A stretch of DNA of 64,000 nt, from contig CAWJET010000001.1 in NCBI GenBank assembly GCA_963842085.1, positions 1,225,565 to 1,289,564 on the forward strand. The letters run 5' to 3'. Made by a program: the position numbers and the translations under genes. This document shows, in pieces, positions 1 through 10,486 of this stretch (position 1 is its first letter; each line of letters begins with the position of its first letter). Under the pieces are notes generated by a model. The model was not told the origin of the DNA and did no database searches. It saw nothing but the letters and a program-made list of their open reading frames with translations. The DNA comes from an uncultured delta proteobacterium. GTDB lineage: Bacteria > Desulfobacterota > Binatia > Binatales > Binataceae.

Positions 1-269
1 GTGCCGATATCGACGCCGTTGTAATGGATCTTGGTCTTGCCAGCCTCCAATCCTTCCGCCGACCTCATGACCATTCTGATCTTAGGCCCCTCGCTCAGCA
101 CGCGCGTCACTGCCACCCAGGCGCCCACAACCGCCGCTACAATCGGAATGAACCAGACAAGCGAGAGCCGGGTACGGCTTCTAGGCACGGGTCGCGACTC
201 GGGGACTGAAGAGCGTGGTGGATCGCGATCGGCCATAGTGCGAAATCTCGGCGGATTCTATTCTGGGAC

Positions 270-1550
270 TTAAAATCTCCAGATGACGTTGAGTGCGGCG
301 AAGTTTAGAAGGTTCGTCGAGTAGTGTCCCTGCAGCGTTTGAGGCAGCAGCGTCTTCGATCCTCTGGTAGCACTATAGGGACCAGGCCCTGCATCCATGA
401 GCTCCCATGAGACGCCGGCTGTTAAGTCACGATTGATCTCATATTGGATGCCGGTGCCGTATCGCAGTTGGCGGTCCAGGGGCAGGACTGGATTACGGTT
501 CGCTCTCGAGACCGGCGAACTGTCATACGCAAATCCTGCGGACCACAGCCACTTCTCACCGATCTGCAACTGCTGTCCGATGGCGACGTGGCAGGTGTCC
601 GAGAAATGCAGATTCGCCTCGACGGTGTGTTGATTCTTAGCCGAGATTCCGACCGGGAACTCTCCGAAAGCCGACCAATTCTGCCATCCCACGTCACTCA
701 TCAGACTCCACTTGGGCAAGACCTCGTAGAGGCCACTCAACATCACCTGCTGCGGCTCGGTCAAAGGCACATTGAATTTTGTCCCGCCGATTCTTTGCCG
801 AAGACGGCTGAGGATCGGACCGAGACCTGTAACGTGCGGGCGAAAGCCGAACTTGTAGTCTTCGGGCGACTGATAGGTGAGTCCTATGCGAAGCTTGGAA
901 ATTGGCCTGAGCAGAATGCCGACCTTAGATCCAAACGCTTCATCCCATGACTCGAACGAGTAGCCGCCATCCTGCGCGCTCGGAAGAGGGTTATTAATCT
1001 TCGACTGAAAGGTGAGGCGCCCGACCCCAAAGCTGAAGCCCGCTCCCACTGAGAACCAGTCATTTACGTCGTAGGCAAGTGACGGGTTGATTTTGCCGGT
1101 GATTAGTGAGGCCGAGGTTATGAAATAGCGTCCGACCCAGCTTTTGCCGTAGTCGCCGTTAAGACCGTAGTCTGAATAGACCGCGACGCCGAACCGCAGT
1201 CGCTCGGACAGCTTGTTCACGTAGAAGAACGAGCCAATTGGGAAAAATACACCAGCGTTGCCGCCGCCACCGCCTTTAATCGTCGTTTGTGAGGCAACGT
1301 CGAAATTGGTCGAAGGGAGGAGTACACCCGGTGAAGTCATCAATTGCGAACGGTCGAGTAGCGTCATCCCGGCAGGATTCTTGGCTGCGGTCGAGGCGTC
1401 TTCCGCCAAAGCGGCTTGTCCGGCGCTCGCCGTACCGATATCTCCGATTTCATAAAGCTCCAGCGCAGCGCCTCGCGCGGAGGCGACAAATGCAAGTAGG
1501 ACGAGCGTCGCAAGAGAAGCTGCTCTCCGAACCTCGGCTAGTATGTGCAC
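270..1550 (-). CDS. FadL/TodX-family outer-membrane hydrophobic-compound transporter
   Basis: 426 aa. N-terminal signal peptide, beta-barrel-like composition, C-terminal aromatic residue (..IWRF) typical of FadL-type OMPs. Confidence 0.65.
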   Translation of the reverse strand: MHILAEVRRAASLATLVLLAFVASARGAALELYEIGDIGTASAGQAALAEDASTAAKNPAGMTLLDRSQLMTSPGVLLPSTNFDVASQTTIKGGGGGNAGVFFPIGSFFYVNKLSERLRFGVAVYSDYGLNGDYGKSWVGRYFITSASLITGKINPSLAYDVNDWFSVGAGFSFGVGRLTFQSKINNPLPSAQDGGYSFESWDEAFGSKVGILLRPISKLRIGLTYQSPEDYKFGFRPHVTGLGPILSRLRQRIGGTKFNVPLTEPQQVMLSGLYEVLPKWSLMSDVGWQNWSAFGEFPVGISAKNQHTVEANLHFSDTCHVAIGQQLQIGEKWLWSAGFAYDSSPVSRANRNPVLPLDRQLRYGTGIQYEINRDLTAGVSWELMDAGPGPYSATRGSKTLLPQTLQGHYSTNLLNFAALNVIWRF

Positions 1551-1693
1551 TGTTTCCTCCCCTCTATTTACTCACCGAAACGTCGTGGACTTTAAACGGA
1601 TAAGCGAAGACTTCGGCGCCGAGGAACTCCGTTACATGTTGCCTGCGAGGCGGCACATCCAAACGTTTGAATAACTCCTTTGCAGCTCAATTC

Positions 1694-2659
1694 CTATTGC
1701 CCGAAATCGAGAAGATTTCCCTTGATCAGCTTCGGTATTACTGGCGCTATTACGACCTGAATATCCCACTTCTGTCCGAACGCGTCGGGATGTACTGGCA
1801 TATACTGAGGCTGAACGACAATCCTTATCGGCAGCCGGCCCAGTTTAATCACTTTGGCAACACTCACTCCGATCGGGAACGTGACCATATTACCGCTCTT
1901 GTTTGCGTACCAGTTGACCAACATGCTGGGCGACGTGCCCACGCTCCATCCGTTGGGCAGAAAGTATGACGCGAAATACTGCATGTTCAGCTGGCTTACG
2001 GTGTTCGCGCCCGGACCACCGACTGACCACCACTGCTGCGGGAACACGCCAGCTATAAACTTATCTCCCAGGTAGCCAACTACGCCTGCCGGTCCTATCT
2101 GCCATTTATTCTGCCCGAGCCGGGAGTTGGTAGCGGTTGGGAAAATGAAAGTAGGTCCTGCAGCCAGCAGCCAACGACCTACCAGGTTCTCGGTGGGCGA
2201 CAACATCGTGACAAAGACAGTATCGCCGAAGCCTGTTACTCTATGGATATTGCCGCTCTGTGTGTTTATGTACGGGGTTGAGTTCAGCACCGGTATTACA
2301 GGCCGATTGATCAAATTCCAGTTGTCGGTCAAAGACACCGGCAACACCGGCTGAAACTGCAGATTGATGACGTTTCGATCGGCATGTCCGGTAGGCATGT
2401 TGACCCAATAGGTGTTCTCCTGGAGGGTTATCGACCAGATGCTGGAAATAGGGTTGGTAAGTTCCTTATTGACCTCAGTCAGAGATTTCTTGTCATCGGG
2501 TAGCTTCGACTCATCGATCGGTGGCGGTGCGAGTGCGCTTGAAGCAGGACTAGTCTGCGCGAAGCTCGAAGCGACAACGAATAGAGTTAAAGCACACGCG
2601 ACGGCGGAAGCTTCGACCGCTCTTCCGACCCGATTTAACATAGCGGCTCTACGATTCAT
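1694..2659 (-). CDS. Putative outer-membrane beta-barrel protein (MetA-pathway/transporter-like), paralog of 2760..3665
   Basis: 321 aa. Signal peptide (..SSFAQ), alternating hydrophobic pattern. Clear paralogy with the next gene (QFQPVLP vs QFRPLFA). Confidence 0.55.
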   Translation of the reverse strand: MNRRAAMLNRVGRAVEASAVACALTLFVVASSFAQTSPASSALAPPPIDESKLPDDKKSLTEVNKELTNPISSIWSITLQENTYWVNMPTGHADRNVINLQFQPVLPVSLTDNWNLINRPVIPVLNSTPYINTQSGNIHRVTGFGDTVFVTMLSPTENLVGRWLLAAGPTFIFPTATNSRLGQNKWQIGPAGVVGYLGDKFIAGVFPQQWWSVGGPGANTVSQLNMQYFASYFLPNGWSVGTSPSMLVNWYANKSGNMVTFPIGVSVAKVIKLGRLPIRIVVQPQYMPVHPDAFGQKWDIQVVIAPVIPKLIKGNLLDFGQ

Positions 2660-2713
2660 TGCATCCTCCCCCGCTCGTCTCGACTTTTATAGGATTCCAC
2701 TGCTCCGCCACAA

Positions 2714-2729
2714 TTGGACTTTGGTCCGA
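2714..2729. promoter_or_regulatory. TTGGAC-N4-GTCCGA element copy
   Basis: TTGGACTTTGGTCCGA, 55 bp upstream of the CDS start at 2659. Confidence 0.45.
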
Positions 2730-2759
2730 TCCCTCCCTCAAAAGAGAATTGGTTCCTCC

Positions 2760-3665
2760 TCATAGCTCCACTTGCGGCAAAAGCAGACTTACTCCAAATC
2801 TCAGGGTGAATTGCTCAGTCTGAGGGTCAAACTGCCGATAGACCATGCATTCGCTGGAGACCGATGTATCGATTGCGTAGCCTTCGCCGAATTTCCAGAC
2901 TTTCCCAAATCCCGCGCTCAGCGGCATCTCGGTTGAAGTCTTGTGACGGTAGTTGATTTTCCAAGTCGCGTCGCTCGATTTCAGATACCATCCATGACCT
3001 AGCTGATAGGACAGGATTGGTTGTATCTGAAGCGAGCTGACCGGAACCGAATGCGACGATGAGTAGGCGAACGACGTCGCCTGCTGAAAGAGACCAGCAA
3101 TTTGCAGGCTCGCAATGCCCCGGTAACCGAAGGCCCAGGCTGGCCCCATCTGCCAAGCCCCTTTGCCGGTGAACTGACTCGTGGAGGTGGGAAACACGAA
3201 ATATGGTCCGATTCCCCATCGGAAGCGCGTTTCGTTCACGTTCGGCCAAGGCATCACAAACAGGTCGAGAAGTTGGAAGTCATCGAGCGCAGTGGTGGTT
3301 GACGCGCCTTTGTTGCGAGCAACGGTGACGATTTGAATACTCGGCCGGATGAGTTGCTCGAGCGGCGTGAACAATTGTGGGCGTACTGCGAAGAGTGGCC
3401 GGAACTGCAGTGTGTTCGGCTGCGCATTCGTACCGAACTCCGCCGGCGTGTAAATGTCCTGGATCTTGAACTGAGTCAGACTCGCAGTCGGATCGTTTAC
3501 CTTCTCGGCCAGGGATTCATCGGCGCTACTCGCAGTGGTGGTTTGCTGGGCGAGACTGATCGAACACGCCCCCAGTAGGACGAGAAGCGCGGCGCCGGTA
3601 ACAATAATTCGCCACCGGTGCCGCGTGGTGTGATAACAAACGACGCCACGCGTGAGATCTATCAC
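2760..3665 (-). CDS. Putative outer-membrane beta-barrel protein, paralog of 1694..2659
   Basis: 301 aa. Signal peptide RWRIIVTGAALLVLLGACSISLAQ. Paralogous to the upstream gene. Confidence 0.55.
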   Translation of the reverse strand: MIDLTRGVVCYHTTRHRWRIIVTGAALLVLLGACSISLAQQTTTASSADESLAEKVNDPTASLTQFKIQDIYTPAEFGTNAQPNTLQFRPLFAVRPQLFTPLEQLIRPSIQIVTVARNKGASTTTALDDFQLLDLFVMPWPNVNETRFRWGIGPYFVFPTSTSQFTGKGAWQMGPAWAFGYRGIASLQIAGLFQQATSFAYSSSHSVPVSSLQIQPILSYQLGHGWYLKSSDATWKINYRHKTSTEMPLSAGFGKVWKFGEGYAIDTSVSSECMVYRQFDPQTEQFTLRFGVSLLLPQVEL

Positions 3666-3669
3666 GGTC

Positions 3670-4398
3670 CTATTGTCCTGCTGGCGTTCGTCCCTGCAGC
3701 TCGAGCAGACGAATCGTAATCCTGTGAACCCAGTAGTCCATAGCGGCCTTAGCGTCGCCCCACTGCCACTGCACCGCCTGGCTCATCGCCATCCCGCCGG
3801 CGCGCTGGTCGATCGCGCCCGCCAAGAACTGATTGGTCGATCCATCAGTCACCTTCATTTCGGCTTCGGCGGAACCCACGAATGCGTAACTGCCGGTCGC
3901 CAGCGACTGGATTGCATTGAGGGCTCGGGCCTGCGGAATTATCACCGACACCGTCCGTAGCGCCGGGGTCGCGGCGGTCGCGTTGACGATCGCGACTCGC
4001 AGCACAAGCACGCCCGGCCCCGGCTGGTCAACCAGCGTGAAATCCTTGGACAAACCTTCCTTGAGTTGGTTGTAGAAGTAGGCCCCTAGCATCTGTTGAT
4101 CAGACGCCGACACTGTCGTACTGGCGTCGTCCCAGAACTCGACCGGCTCCAGAAGAATCTTATTGTACTGGCTCCACTGTGCATTCGGGTTGACATACAC
4201 CATTGCGGCCTGGTTCCCGGTGCCGGGTTGCAGCAACGATGCATCCTGCCCGAAGAATCCGCTTATCACAGGAGCAGGCTGACCGCCCTCGACCTGCTGC
4301 ATGACGCCCGGCTTGCTCTCCACCGTTTGCGCGCATCCAGACATGAGCAGCCCGCAGAATAGAGCGGCAAGTACAGGCACTACAACTGAGACTTTCAT
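3670..4398 (-). CDS. Lipoprotein (DUF3313-like, uncertain)
   Basis: Start chosen at MKVSVVVPVLAALFCGLLMSGC (lipobox). The longer ORF to 4536 only translates the upstream palindromic element (MYWTKVQ). Confidence 0.55.
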   Translation of the reverse strand: MKVSVVVPVLAALFCGLLMSGCAQTVESKPGVMQQVEGGQPAPVISGFFGQDASLLQPGTGNQAAMVYVNPNAQWSQYNKILLEPVEFWDDASTTVSASDQQMLGAYFYNQLKEGLSKDFTLVDQPGPGVLVLRVAIVNATAATPALRTVSVIIPQARALNAIQSLATGSYAFVGSAEAEMKVTDGSTNQFLAGAIDQRAGGMAMSQAVQWQWGDAKAAMDYWVHRITIRLLELQGRTPAGQ

Positions 4399-4515
4399 AG
4401 AATGCGACCTCCCGCGATTATCTCGTTTCAGCGACAAGTCACTTGACTGGCTGCAACTCCGCCGGTCGCAACTCCGCCGACGACCAGTCTGGCGCGTCCA
4501 GTACTCGTAAGTAAA

Positions 4516-4531
4516 TTGGACCTTGGTCCAA
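4516..4531. promoter_or_regulatory. TTGGAC-N4-GTCCAA palindromic element
   Basis: TTGGACCTTGGTCCAA, 118 bp upstream of the lipoprotein start. One of at least 9 copies of this element. Confidence 0.5.
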
Positions 4532-4718
4532 TACAAACTTTCGCTTATATTTCTCTTTTGTTCTTCACCATCCGCGAACTGATAGCGAAGAATTATTGGC
4601 TGGAATGCGGTGTTGATCTCCTACTTCCTTTTTTACTGAGAAAGAAGTGCGATAGGCAGATGCGGCACCGGCCCTAAGTGCGTATATGAACGCAGACAAG
4701 TTGTGGACGAGCAAATCG

Positions 4719-5375
4719 CTACTCTGACAACTTGGCTTTTGCCCTTGAGAAGTCGTCGCCGACCGGACGAACACCAAGACGCTCCGCCATTGCCACGAGA
4801 CTGGCAAGCGAATCCGCCCGCATCTTTTCCATCACTCGCGCTCGATGAACCTTGATCGTCTTCTCGCCGGTTCCTAGCTCGTGACCGATCTGCTTATTGA
4901 GCAAACCACCGGTCACGAGAGCTAACACTTGCCGCTCGCGGGGAGTGAGAAGCTCGTATCGACGACGAAGTTCTTCAAGTTCAGCGTACGAGATTCTCTG
5001 TTTGCGGCTGCGTTCGGCGGAACGTCGAATCGCCGCGATCAGGTCTTTGTCATCGACTGGCTTCTCCAGGAAGTCCACTGCGCCAGACTGAATTGCCTTG
5101 ACGGTCATCGGGATGTCACCGTGACCTGTTATGAATACAACTGACAGATACGGCAGAGTCTTCGCCAACGTCTCCTGAAGTTCGAAGCCGTCTACGTCAG
5201 GCATTCGCACATCGCTGACAGCACAATCGAACTGATCGCGCTTGCTGTTTCCGAGAAACTCGCGTGCCGATGAAAAAGAAACTACTTGGATGCCGGCCGA
5301 CTTGATCAGTCGTGCTAATGAGGTGCGCGCTGATTCGTCATCATCTATTAGTGCGACTTTGATCGAAGCAGGCAT
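4719..5375 (-). CDS. Two-component response regulator, FixJ/NarL family (REC + LuxR HTH)
   Basis: 218 aa. Receiver D-D-K residues and a LuxR-type C-terminal HTH (..TPRERQVLALVTGGLLNKQIGHELGTGEKTIKVHR..). Confidence 0.85.
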   Translation of the reverse strand: MPASIKVALIDDDESARTSLARLIKSAGIQVVSFSSAREFLGNSKRDQFDCAVSDVRMPDVDGFELQETLAKTLPYLSVVFITGHGDIPMTVKAIQSGAVDFLEKPVDDKDLIAAIRRSAERSRKQRISYAELEELRRRYELLTPRERQVLALVTGGLLNKQIGHELGTGEKTIKVHRARVMEKMRADSLASLVAMAERLGVRPVGDDFSRAKAKLSE

Positions 5376-5390
5376 CGTACCCGACTCGAA

Positions 5391-6725
5391 TCAGGCGTGA
5401 CTTCCGATACTCGGTCCAGTCGGTAACGTGAACTCAAGCGTTGCGCCACGGTCCGTATTCTGCGTCGCCCAGACCCGGCCACCGTGGTTCTCGACGATTG
5501 AACGAACGATGGCGAGCCCCATTCCCATTCCGGTCGACTTGGTCGTGAAGAAGGGGTCGAACAGACGAGTCATAACTTTGGGGTCAATGCCCTTGCCCGA
5601 ATCCCGGACCGAGATATGCATATGGCCAGGTTCGTTGAGACCGGCACAAATGACGACGTCGCGCGCCCCCCCGGCCTCGCACACAGAATCGAATGCGTTG
5701 AGGACCAAATTCAAAACGGCTTGCGTCAATTCGGTCTTGTTCCCCAGCACCGTTGGCAGCGAGTCGGGCACTTCGATCGACAAAGAGATGTCTTTCATTC
5801 TCGCGTCGGCGCTCACGATGCGATTGACGTCCAGCAGGAGCTCTCTGACATCGACGGGAGATGTTTTCGCTTCACCTCGTCGAAAAGTCGCGCGAACATT
5901 TCGGACGATTTCGACCGCTCTGGCATCGTCGCGGATGATATCGTCCAGCGCGCTATCGACTTCGGTCAGATCTGGAGTTTTGGAAGCGAGGAGTCGCCGC
6001 GCGGCCCTCGCATTGTTCAGGATTGCGCCGAGCGGTTGATTCAACTCGTGCGCCAGCGAGGCGGTCAGCTCTCCCATCGTCACAACTTGTGAAACCTGAC
6101 GCAATTCCTCCTCCAGGAGGCGATGTTCCGCGAAGGCGAGCTTTCGCTCGAGGGCGTTTCCAACGATCTCGGCGACCAGTTTCAGACGCTGGACCTCTTT
6201 CTGAGTCCACGCTCTTTCCGCCCAACTGGTGAACGACATAGAGCCGACGACCGCTCCGCTGATCTTCAATGGGATGCTCACGTGAGCCTTGATACCATGA
6301 AGACGCGCTGTGGCCACGTCGTCGGAGGCTTCAGGTGGAAGTTCTTCAACGTGCGAGAATATGACAATTTCACCAGCGAGGACCTTGGCGGCGAGCCAAG
6401 GAAACGACTGAGTGCTGTTAACCCTCGTCCCCAAGAACGGTGTCGTACTTCCGTTTCGCGCCGCCTGATGCGTGATGTACAAAGCACCGTCGACCGGGTC
6501 CAGTTGCGTCACTATGCCCCGATCGACCTGCATCGAAAGCACGATCGCTTGAAGCCATCGCTCTATTTCGCCATCGATCTCCTCGACCGATACGCGGATG
6601 AAGGTGGAGGATAAATCCCCCAGCAGCTTCTCGAAATCTACGACTTCCGGGTTCGGAGCGGCGTATGCGGGTGAATCGGTCTCTGTCGTACAGACTTCTT
6701 CTGCTCTCTCGAAGCGATTAACCAT
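5391..6725 (-). CDS. Sensor histidine kinase with GAF domain
   Basis: 444 aa. H-box [14 protein letters not shown] and a HATPase_c C-terminus (..[22 protein letters not shown]..). N-terminal GAF-like region. Confidence 0.85.
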   Translation of the reverse strand: MVNRFERAEEVCTTETDSPAYAAPNPEVVDFEKLLGDLSSTFIRVSVEEIDGEIERWLQAIVLSMQVDRGIVTQLDPVDGALYITHQAARNGSTTPFLGTRVNSTQSFPWLAAKVLAGEIVIFSHVEELPPEASDDVATARLHGIKAHVSIPLKISGAVVGSMSFTSWAERAWTQKEVQRLKLVAEIVGNALERKLAFAEHRLLEEELRQVSQVVTMGELTASLAHELNQPLGAILNNARAARRLLASKTPDLTEVDSALDDIIRDDARAVEIVRNVRATFRRGEAKTSPVDVRELLLDVNRIVSADARMKDISLSIEVPDSLPTVLGNKTELTQAVLNLVLNAFDSVCEAGGARDVVICAGLNEPGHMHISVRDSGKGIDPKVMTRLFDPFFTTKSTGMGMGLAIVRSIVENHGGRVWATQNTDRGATLEFTLPTGPSIGSHA

Positions 6726-6813
6726 AGGGTTCAGCGCCGCCTCGATGCGCGGTCTACCGAGCGGGCATCCTTCGTGTTGGCTTCACTGGCTCTTATACGC
6801 CAGATCCACTTCT

Positions 6814-7287
6814 TCAGGAAAGAGCGAGAGCACGGGCAATTGCCCCGAGCAGCGGCTCCTCGTCGAATGGCTTGAACAGGACTGCCACCGCGTCCGACTG
6901 CGCGGCCAGCGAGCGAATCCGGGCGTCGGTTCGTCCGGTTATTAGTATGGTGGGCAGGCCGTGTCCTGAACCTTTCAGAACCTCACACATCTCGATTCCG
7001 TTCATTTCAGGCATGTCGATGTCGACGACCATGCAGGCGTTAGATCTCGGTGTCTCGCTTGCGAGTAATTCAGACGGACCATTGAACGTCTGGACTAGAA
7101 AACCAGAAGCAGAAATCAGCCTCTTCAACGAGCGAAGGACGGAAGGATCATCATCCACCACCAGCACGGTTGCCGCGATCGTTGTGTCGGTCACTTCTGT
7201 CTCTGGAGCGATTGGCTCGGCACGTTTGCGCGCTCGCTCAGGGGGGACCGCGGCCCCCTTCCTGGCCATACTTGTTGCAATTTTCAT
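6814..7287 (-). CDS. Single-domain (CheY-like) response regulator
   Basis: 157 aa, receiver domain only (VLVVDDDPSV.. / ..VVDIDMPEMNG..). Confidence 0.75.
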   Translation of the reverse strand: MKIATSMARKGAAVPPERARKRAEPIAPETEVTDTTIAATVLVVDDDPSVLRSLKRLISASGFLVQTFNGPSELLASETPRSNACMVVDIDMPEMNGIEMCEVLKGSGHGLPTILITGRTDARIRSLAAQSDAVAVLFKPFDEEPLLGAIARALALS

Positions 7288-7384
7288 TTCAGATTCATCT
7301 GCGGCCTTCTCTTGATACGCGGAGCGGTAATCTTGGACGCTGGCTCCCGCCTCTATTCTGTTACGAACGTGTGAATCAGAGCAA

Positions 7385-7400
7385 TTGGACCAAAGTCCAA
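7385..7400. promoter_or_regulatory. TTGGAC-N4-GTCCAA element copy
   Basis: TTGGACCAAAGTCCAA, ~90 bp upstream of the receiver gene start. Confidence 0.5.
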
Positions 7401-7487
7401 TATGGCCGATTCTCCACGAAGTCTCGTGTCAGGGCTGGGACCTCGCGACTTCGGCAATCGAGGTAACAGGAAAGTGCGCCTCCAACT

Positions 7488-8276
7488 CTATTGCGACGGT
7501 ACTCCGCCTGCCGATGAGTGAACTTCACCGCCATCCGCAATGGCGTGGACGGCGGCCGCTCGGGGGAGACTGACGGCCGCCGTCTCGCCAGTGGCAACCT
7601 TGCTTGAGTTGCCCAAGATCTCCAGATTCTTACGCGCGGGCTCATAGTCCGGCACGTCGCGTACGAGATCACGCCATACGAGCGACGCGCTGGCAGTCTT
7701 TCCCTCCTGAGCGTAGATAACACCTAGCAGGTTGCTTGCGTCCGGTTGCTCAGCATTCAAGCGCAGCGCGGCCAGTGTCTCGTGCTCTGCATCGGTCAGC
7801 ATTCCACGCTGTGCCTCGACGAGGGCAAGATTGAAATGTGATTCGGAGTGTTCGCCACCGAGAAAAACCGCGTGTCGCAAACTATCCGTCGCGACGTCCA
7901 GGTCGCCATTTTCGAGCTGAGCCAGCCCTAGGTTCAGGAATAAATCCCAATTCATCAGTCCAAGCGCAGCCGCGCGCTGATACTCACTGACTTCCGCGGT
8001 CCTGTCGCCGACCATTCCCAGGGCAAAACCCAGATGGTAATGAGCGAGCGCGTTGTCCGGATGCTTGCGCACGATTTCCACGTGACGACGAATCGCCTCT
8101 GAGTAGTCTTCGATGCCAAGGGAGTAATCAGCGCCGACATCGCAGACTTGCTGCTCAGCTCCACCCGCGAATACGAAGTTCGGGATCCACACTGAGAGCA
8201 GCAGCATCGTTGCCGTAATTGTTACCAGCGCGATAGTTCGCACCTTCCGCTCCTCGGCTGACTTGCCACTCGACAT
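7488..8276 (-). CDS. TPR-repeat protein with N-terminal membrane anchor
   Basis: 262 aa. N-terminal TM helix, then TPR-like AxxY/HYxLG repeats. Confidence 0.6.
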   Translation of the reverse strand: MSSGKSAEERKVRTIALVTITATMLLLSVWIPNFVFAGGAEQQVCDVGADYSLGIEDYSEAIRRHVEIVRKHPDNALAHYHLGFALGMVGDRTAEVSEYQRAAALGLMNWDLFLNLGLAQLENGDLDVATDSLRHAVFLGGEHSESHFNLALVEAQRGMLTDAEHETLAALRLNAEQPDASNLLGVIYAQEGKTASASLVWRDLVRDVPDYEPARKNLEILGNSSKVATGETAAVSLPRAAAVHAIADGGEVHSSAGGVPSQ

Positions 8277-8301
8277 TGCGCCTAATCGAGGGTGTCGTCT
8301 A

Positions 8302-8347
8302 TTGGACGTTGGTCTAATGTACTTAAGTCCATTGGACTAAGGTCCAA
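8302..8347. promoter_or_regulatory. Two TTGGAC-N4-GTCYAA elements in a divergent intergenic region
   Basis: TTGGACGTTGGTCTAA (8302-8317) and TTGGACTAAGGTCCAA (8332-8347), between the divergent genes at 8276 and 8475. Confidence 0.5.
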
Positions 8348-8474
8348 TTGCGTGAGTTAAGCTCGTGGCGCAAACTCGGCGCATAAAACGCTCCTGCAAT
8401 CGAGAGCGCTGGGCTGACTGACTCTTCCCGCAACCGGGTGTTCAAGCGCAAGCAGGGAGGAGGGAGTACAACAA

Positions 8475-8915
8475 ATGAAAAACAGGCTGCAACTTCTGGC
8501 GATCGCCGCCGCAATCACTGTTGCAGGATGCTCTGAGTCCGCGATCAAGCCTCAAGCGCGCTGCGAACTTATGACCGCGCAGATGTGTTCGCGCGCCGCG
8601 GAGTCGCAATTGCGCGATGGCACTCTTGCCGTCAGCTACATATTTCAGCCAGAGGATGCGCGGGTAGTTCCATTTGTTGTACCTGTATTTGAGAAAAACG
8701 GTACCTTGGCTGCGGAAGTAGATTGCTACGCCAGCACCGATACTCATACTTATTCGATAGTCCGATCAAACCTCGCGATTCCGCCAGCATCTCAGGAATC
8801 GGTCGACTTTCTTAGAAATCAACACTTATGCTCCGACAGCGGATCGTACGCCGACGATAGAGACCCACTTGTCGAGACGGCATCAACTCTGCCACTAGCC
8901 TCACAACGAAAATAA
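8475..8915 (+). CDS. Hypothetical lipoprotein
   Basis: Signal peptide with lipobox (..ITVAGCSES). Confidence 0.5.
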   Translation: MKNRLQLLAIAAAITVAGCSESAIKPQARCELMTAQMCSRAAESQLRDGTLAVSYIFQPEDARVVPFVVPVFEKNGTLAAEVDCYASTDTHTYSIVRSNLAIPPASQESVDFLRNQHLCSDSGSYADDRDPLVETASTLPLASQRK

Positions 8916-8970
8916 TGGTTCTCGGGCCAACCACATGTTTCAGCACCATACCAGTACACAGGAGAACGCG

Positions 8971-9318
8971 ATGCCGATTCGATACGCCTTGATCGGGCTC
9001 ATCGCTCTACTCACGGTTTCGGGGTGCGCTCCCAGTCAGCAACAAATGCTTAATAACTCCCAGGCGATGGCCGTCCAAACGGCCGTCAACCGCGGACAGT
9101 TCGACCTGCAATGCCGTTCCGCAACGGGAACAGCCATTTCCCGTGGAGTCGTCCAACCTGCATTGCAAGGTCCTTGGGTGAACGGGATCCAACCTGCCGA
9201 ATTCACCGTAGGCGTCGAGGGTTGCCGTAGGCGCAAGAGCTATATCGTCGTGTGCCCTGAGGGTGGCGGCGGGTGCTTTGCGGCTGGTCCCGGACCGTTT
9301 TATCCAGACTGGCAATAG
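8971..9318 (+). CDS. Hypothetical lipoprotein
   Basis: Start at MPIRYALIGL.. preceded by AGGAGA. Lipobox LTVSGC. Confidence 0.5.
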   Translation: MPIRYALIGLIALLTVSGCAPSQQQMLNNSQAMAVQTAVNRGQFDLQCRSATGTAISRGVVQPALQGPWVNGIQPAEFTVGVEGCRRRKSYIVVCPEGGGGCFAAGPGPFYPDWQ

Positions 9319-9397
9319 CAGCGGAAGGCTACTGCTGAGCGTTGACGGAGCACCTCAGGGCATTGAAATCCGGCGAAAAATGGGAGAAGGGACCTAA

Positions 9398-10159
9398 ATG
9401 AGAACGCTCAGGATTGTAACTCTCGGCCTCGTGCTGCTTGCCTCGGGATCGGCTCGCGCCCAGGGCGTCGTACTGCCGCTGCCGCCCCAGGACCAGCAAA
9501 GGATAACCGCACAGCTCGGACCGGGTGTCGTGGGCATCGCATTACCCAGCCAGCCAATCAGCGATCCCAGCGTCTTCTTTCCACTTCAAGCCAAAGCGCT
9601 GACCTACCAGGTCATGGCCGGCCCAAATGCCGGCAACACTCAGTCTCTGGGACTCTTCAAGACACGGCGTCCAAGCGGGGCGTCTGCATGGCGGTTTCAA
9701 TTATCGCCGTCGCTCGCTGGGTTCCTTCGTCAGAGCGCGGAGGGCGATATCATAATGCCTGCCGTGAGCGATGCCGGCGAGGGTGTGGTTGTGGTCACTA
9801 CGCCTCCTAATCCATTCGTGCCCAAGGGCATGCAGCCGGGCGAGACGCGGACCTACTCGCAGCGAGTCTCGGTAAATTACCTGGACGATCCATCGGACCA
9901 GAAATATTCCGGCTCGGTCACCGGAACTTATACTTATGTCGGCACCTATCAAGTCACTGTGCCCGCGGGTACGTTCCCGGCGGTGCTGTTTCGCGTTCAT
10001 TGTGATGGCAAGGTCGGGCCTGCTCACACGGTTAACACTGGCTACAACTTTTTTGCGCCGGGCGTCGGCATGGTCGCCATGATCTTGCAAGAAGACGTGA
10101 CGGCTTTCTGGATCTTCAACATCGATAGCACCACCGGCAAGGTGCTGATGTCGAATTGA
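9398..10159 (+). CDS. Hypothetical secreted protein
   Basis: 253 aa. Signal peptide ..SGSARAQG. RBS GGGAGAAGGG. Confidence 0.55.
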   Translation: MRTLRIVTLGLVLLASGSARAQGVVLPLPPQDQQRITAQLGPGVVGIALPSQPISDPSVFFPLQAKALTYQVMAGPNAGNTQSLGLFKTRRPSGASAWRFQLSPSLAGFLRQSAEGDIIMPAVSDAGEGVVVVTTPPNPFVPKGMQPGETRTYSQRVSVNYLDDPSDQKYSGSVTGTYTYVGTYQVTVPAGTFPAVLFRVHCDGKVGPAHTVNTGYNFFAPGVGMVAMILQEDVTAFWIFNIDSTTGKVLMSN

Positions 10160-10486
10160 AATGAGGGCGAACAGTCTGCACAAGAACAAAACTGCATCGA
10201 AAATCTGTTCAGCCGAGATGCGAGATGGCGCGGCGGGTGCGGATTTGGCAGGGGAGGCGAAATGATCATGAGATGGACCGCGGCTGGAGTTCTGGAAAGC
10301 CGAGCTCAACTTCCGCAAGGTCGCCGGCTTTGGCGCGCTCGAGAGGCTCGACACCGCCCTGCGCGCTCATGATGCCGCGATCAATCCAGGAGTTGATAAT
10401 CGAAGGCAGGCCAACTAAATTATCCAGCCGCTACTCAATTCCAACAGCGAATGGGACATCGCCCACGATTGAGGGCGCTACGTATT

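Noticed and set aside
3670-4536. Longer 288-aa form of the lipoprotein ORF starting MYWTKVQ..
   Set aside because: The N-terminal extension merely translates the upstream TTGGAC dyad and has no RBS. The downstream Met gives a canonical lipoprotein signal peptide.
9701-10354. 217-aa ORF antisense to the secreted-protein gene 9398..10159
   Set aside because: Typical high-GC antisense ORF. The sense gene has an RBS and signal peptide. The antisense product is low-complexity and Arg-rich.
10225-10450. Possible gene remnant between the secreted-protein gene and the DUF3302 gene
   Set aside because: Short frames with mixed reading phases. I could not assign them to a family.
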